Part shown: piece after piece, positions 63,085 through 64,000 of the stretch
Layout of the letters: the number at the start of each line of letters is the position of its first letter
Position numbering within the stretch: position 1 is the first letter of the stretch
Assembly (NCBI GenBank): GCA_965237955.1
Contig: OZ250169.1
Location: 4,160,001-4,224,000, forward strand
Direction of reading: 5' to 3'
DNA: 64,000 nt
Source: Candidatus Marinacidobacterales bacterium
GTDB lineage: Bacteria; Acidobacteriota; Vicinamibacteria; Marinacidobacterales; SMYC01
Program-made: the position numbers and the translations under genes
The notes under the pieces: generated by a model
Seen by the model: only the letters and a program-made list of their open reading frames with translations
What the model was told of the DNA's origin: nothing
Databases searched by the model: none

Positions 63085-64000
63085 ATGATCGATCCTAGCA
63101 AGCTGGACGCCGCAGAGTTCCCGCTTCCTCAAACCGCCGAGCGCGTGCGACCGTCTTCTTCTCTGATTCGCGTCGACGTCGCCGCGCAGTCGGACAAAGG
63201 CAAAAAGCGCAACACCAACCAGGATCACTTTCTCGTGGCACGGGCCGGAAGGCATCTCGACACGCTGTTGTCGAATCTGCCGGAAGGTGAGCTTCCGGCG
63301 CGTTTCGACGAGACCGGTTACATCGCGATCGTGGCCGATGGAATGGGCGGAGCCGCGGGCGGTGAAGTCGCGAGCCGCCTCGCGATCACCACTCTCATCA
63401 ACATTGTGTTGCACGTTCCCGATTGGATCCTGCGACTGGACGAAGAGCACGCGCAAAAAGTCATGCGGCGTGCGGCAACCTACTACCGAGAGGTCAACGA
63501 GAAACTGGTCAAGGAGGCGCGTCTCAAGCCAGAGCTTCGCGGGATGGGGACGACGATGACAGGCGCGTACAGTCTCGGCGACGATCTGTTCGTCGTGCAC
63601 GTCGGTGATTCACGGGCGTATTTGTACCGAGACGGTATTCTGCGGCGCCTCACCAGGGATCACACTCACGCCTAAATGCTCGCGGACGCGGGCATCATTC
63701 GTCCCGAGGCCGTCGTCACGCATCGTCTGCGTCATGTTCTCACCAACGCTCTCGGAGGCGAGGAATCGGAAGGCAACGCCGAGATCCATCGAATGCGTTT
63801 GTTCGATGGTGATCGCATTCTGCTTTGTAGCGACGGCTTACACGACATGGTCGAAGACGAAGAAATCGCGGAGATCTTGAAGCGTGAGCGGGCGTCGAAT
63901 CCTGCGTGCGAGGCCCTGGTGAAGAGCGCTCTCGACAACGGCGGTAAGGATAACGTGACGGTCGTCGTCGCCGGGCCGAATTCCGGAAGTGAGCTAGGGA
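63085..64000 (+). pseudogene. PP2C-family Ser/Thr phosphatase with an in-frame TAA at 63673
   Basis: NQD, VADGMGG, MGTT and HVGDSRAY; after the stop the same frame gives LLCSDGL and GGKDNVT. Confidence 0.85.

Noticed and set aside
63673-63675. Stop-codon recoding or alternative genetic code
   Set aside because: In-frame stops are of mixed type (TAA and TAG), and intact genes end with all three stop codons; ordinary nonsense mutation is simpler.

Overview
A GC-rich bacterial accessory region. The gene repertoire (Ser/Thr kinase-PD40 beta-propeller receptors, TIGR02999-type ECF sigma factors, an Oar-like TonB receptor, PEP-CTERM, S9 and M42 peptidases) suggests Acidobacteriota/Vicinamibacteria; this is inference. 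The window is heavily decayed. About 15-20 intact genes sit among many truncated, frameshifted or stop-interrupted fragments and a dense, partly nested set of mobile elements: two IS21 types, three copies of an IS5/IS903-group element, two IS3 elements, IS200 tnpA, IS607-type tnpB, ISAzo13, an IS1-like fragment, an rve-type IS carrying an internally deleted RIT element, and small MITE-like elements. Main observations: (1) two inverted paralogous receptor-kinase beta-propeller genes with near-identical framework but substitutions and indels clustered in the loops before the WSPDG repeats, suggesting a diversifying receptor repertoire; (2) a 133-bp CTAG-targeting MITE inserted twice, in the same orientation and frame, appending the same C-terminal peptide to two unrelated proteins; (3) an ECF 3'-end/RBS segment shared by two loci with different downstream kinases, one a signal-peptide-bearing atypical kinase-fold protein; (4) a RIT element collapsed by a microhomology deletion and flanked by a perfect 38-bp palindrome. 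No rRNA, tRNA or CRISPR array was recognised. All calls are from reading motifs by eye; no searches were run.
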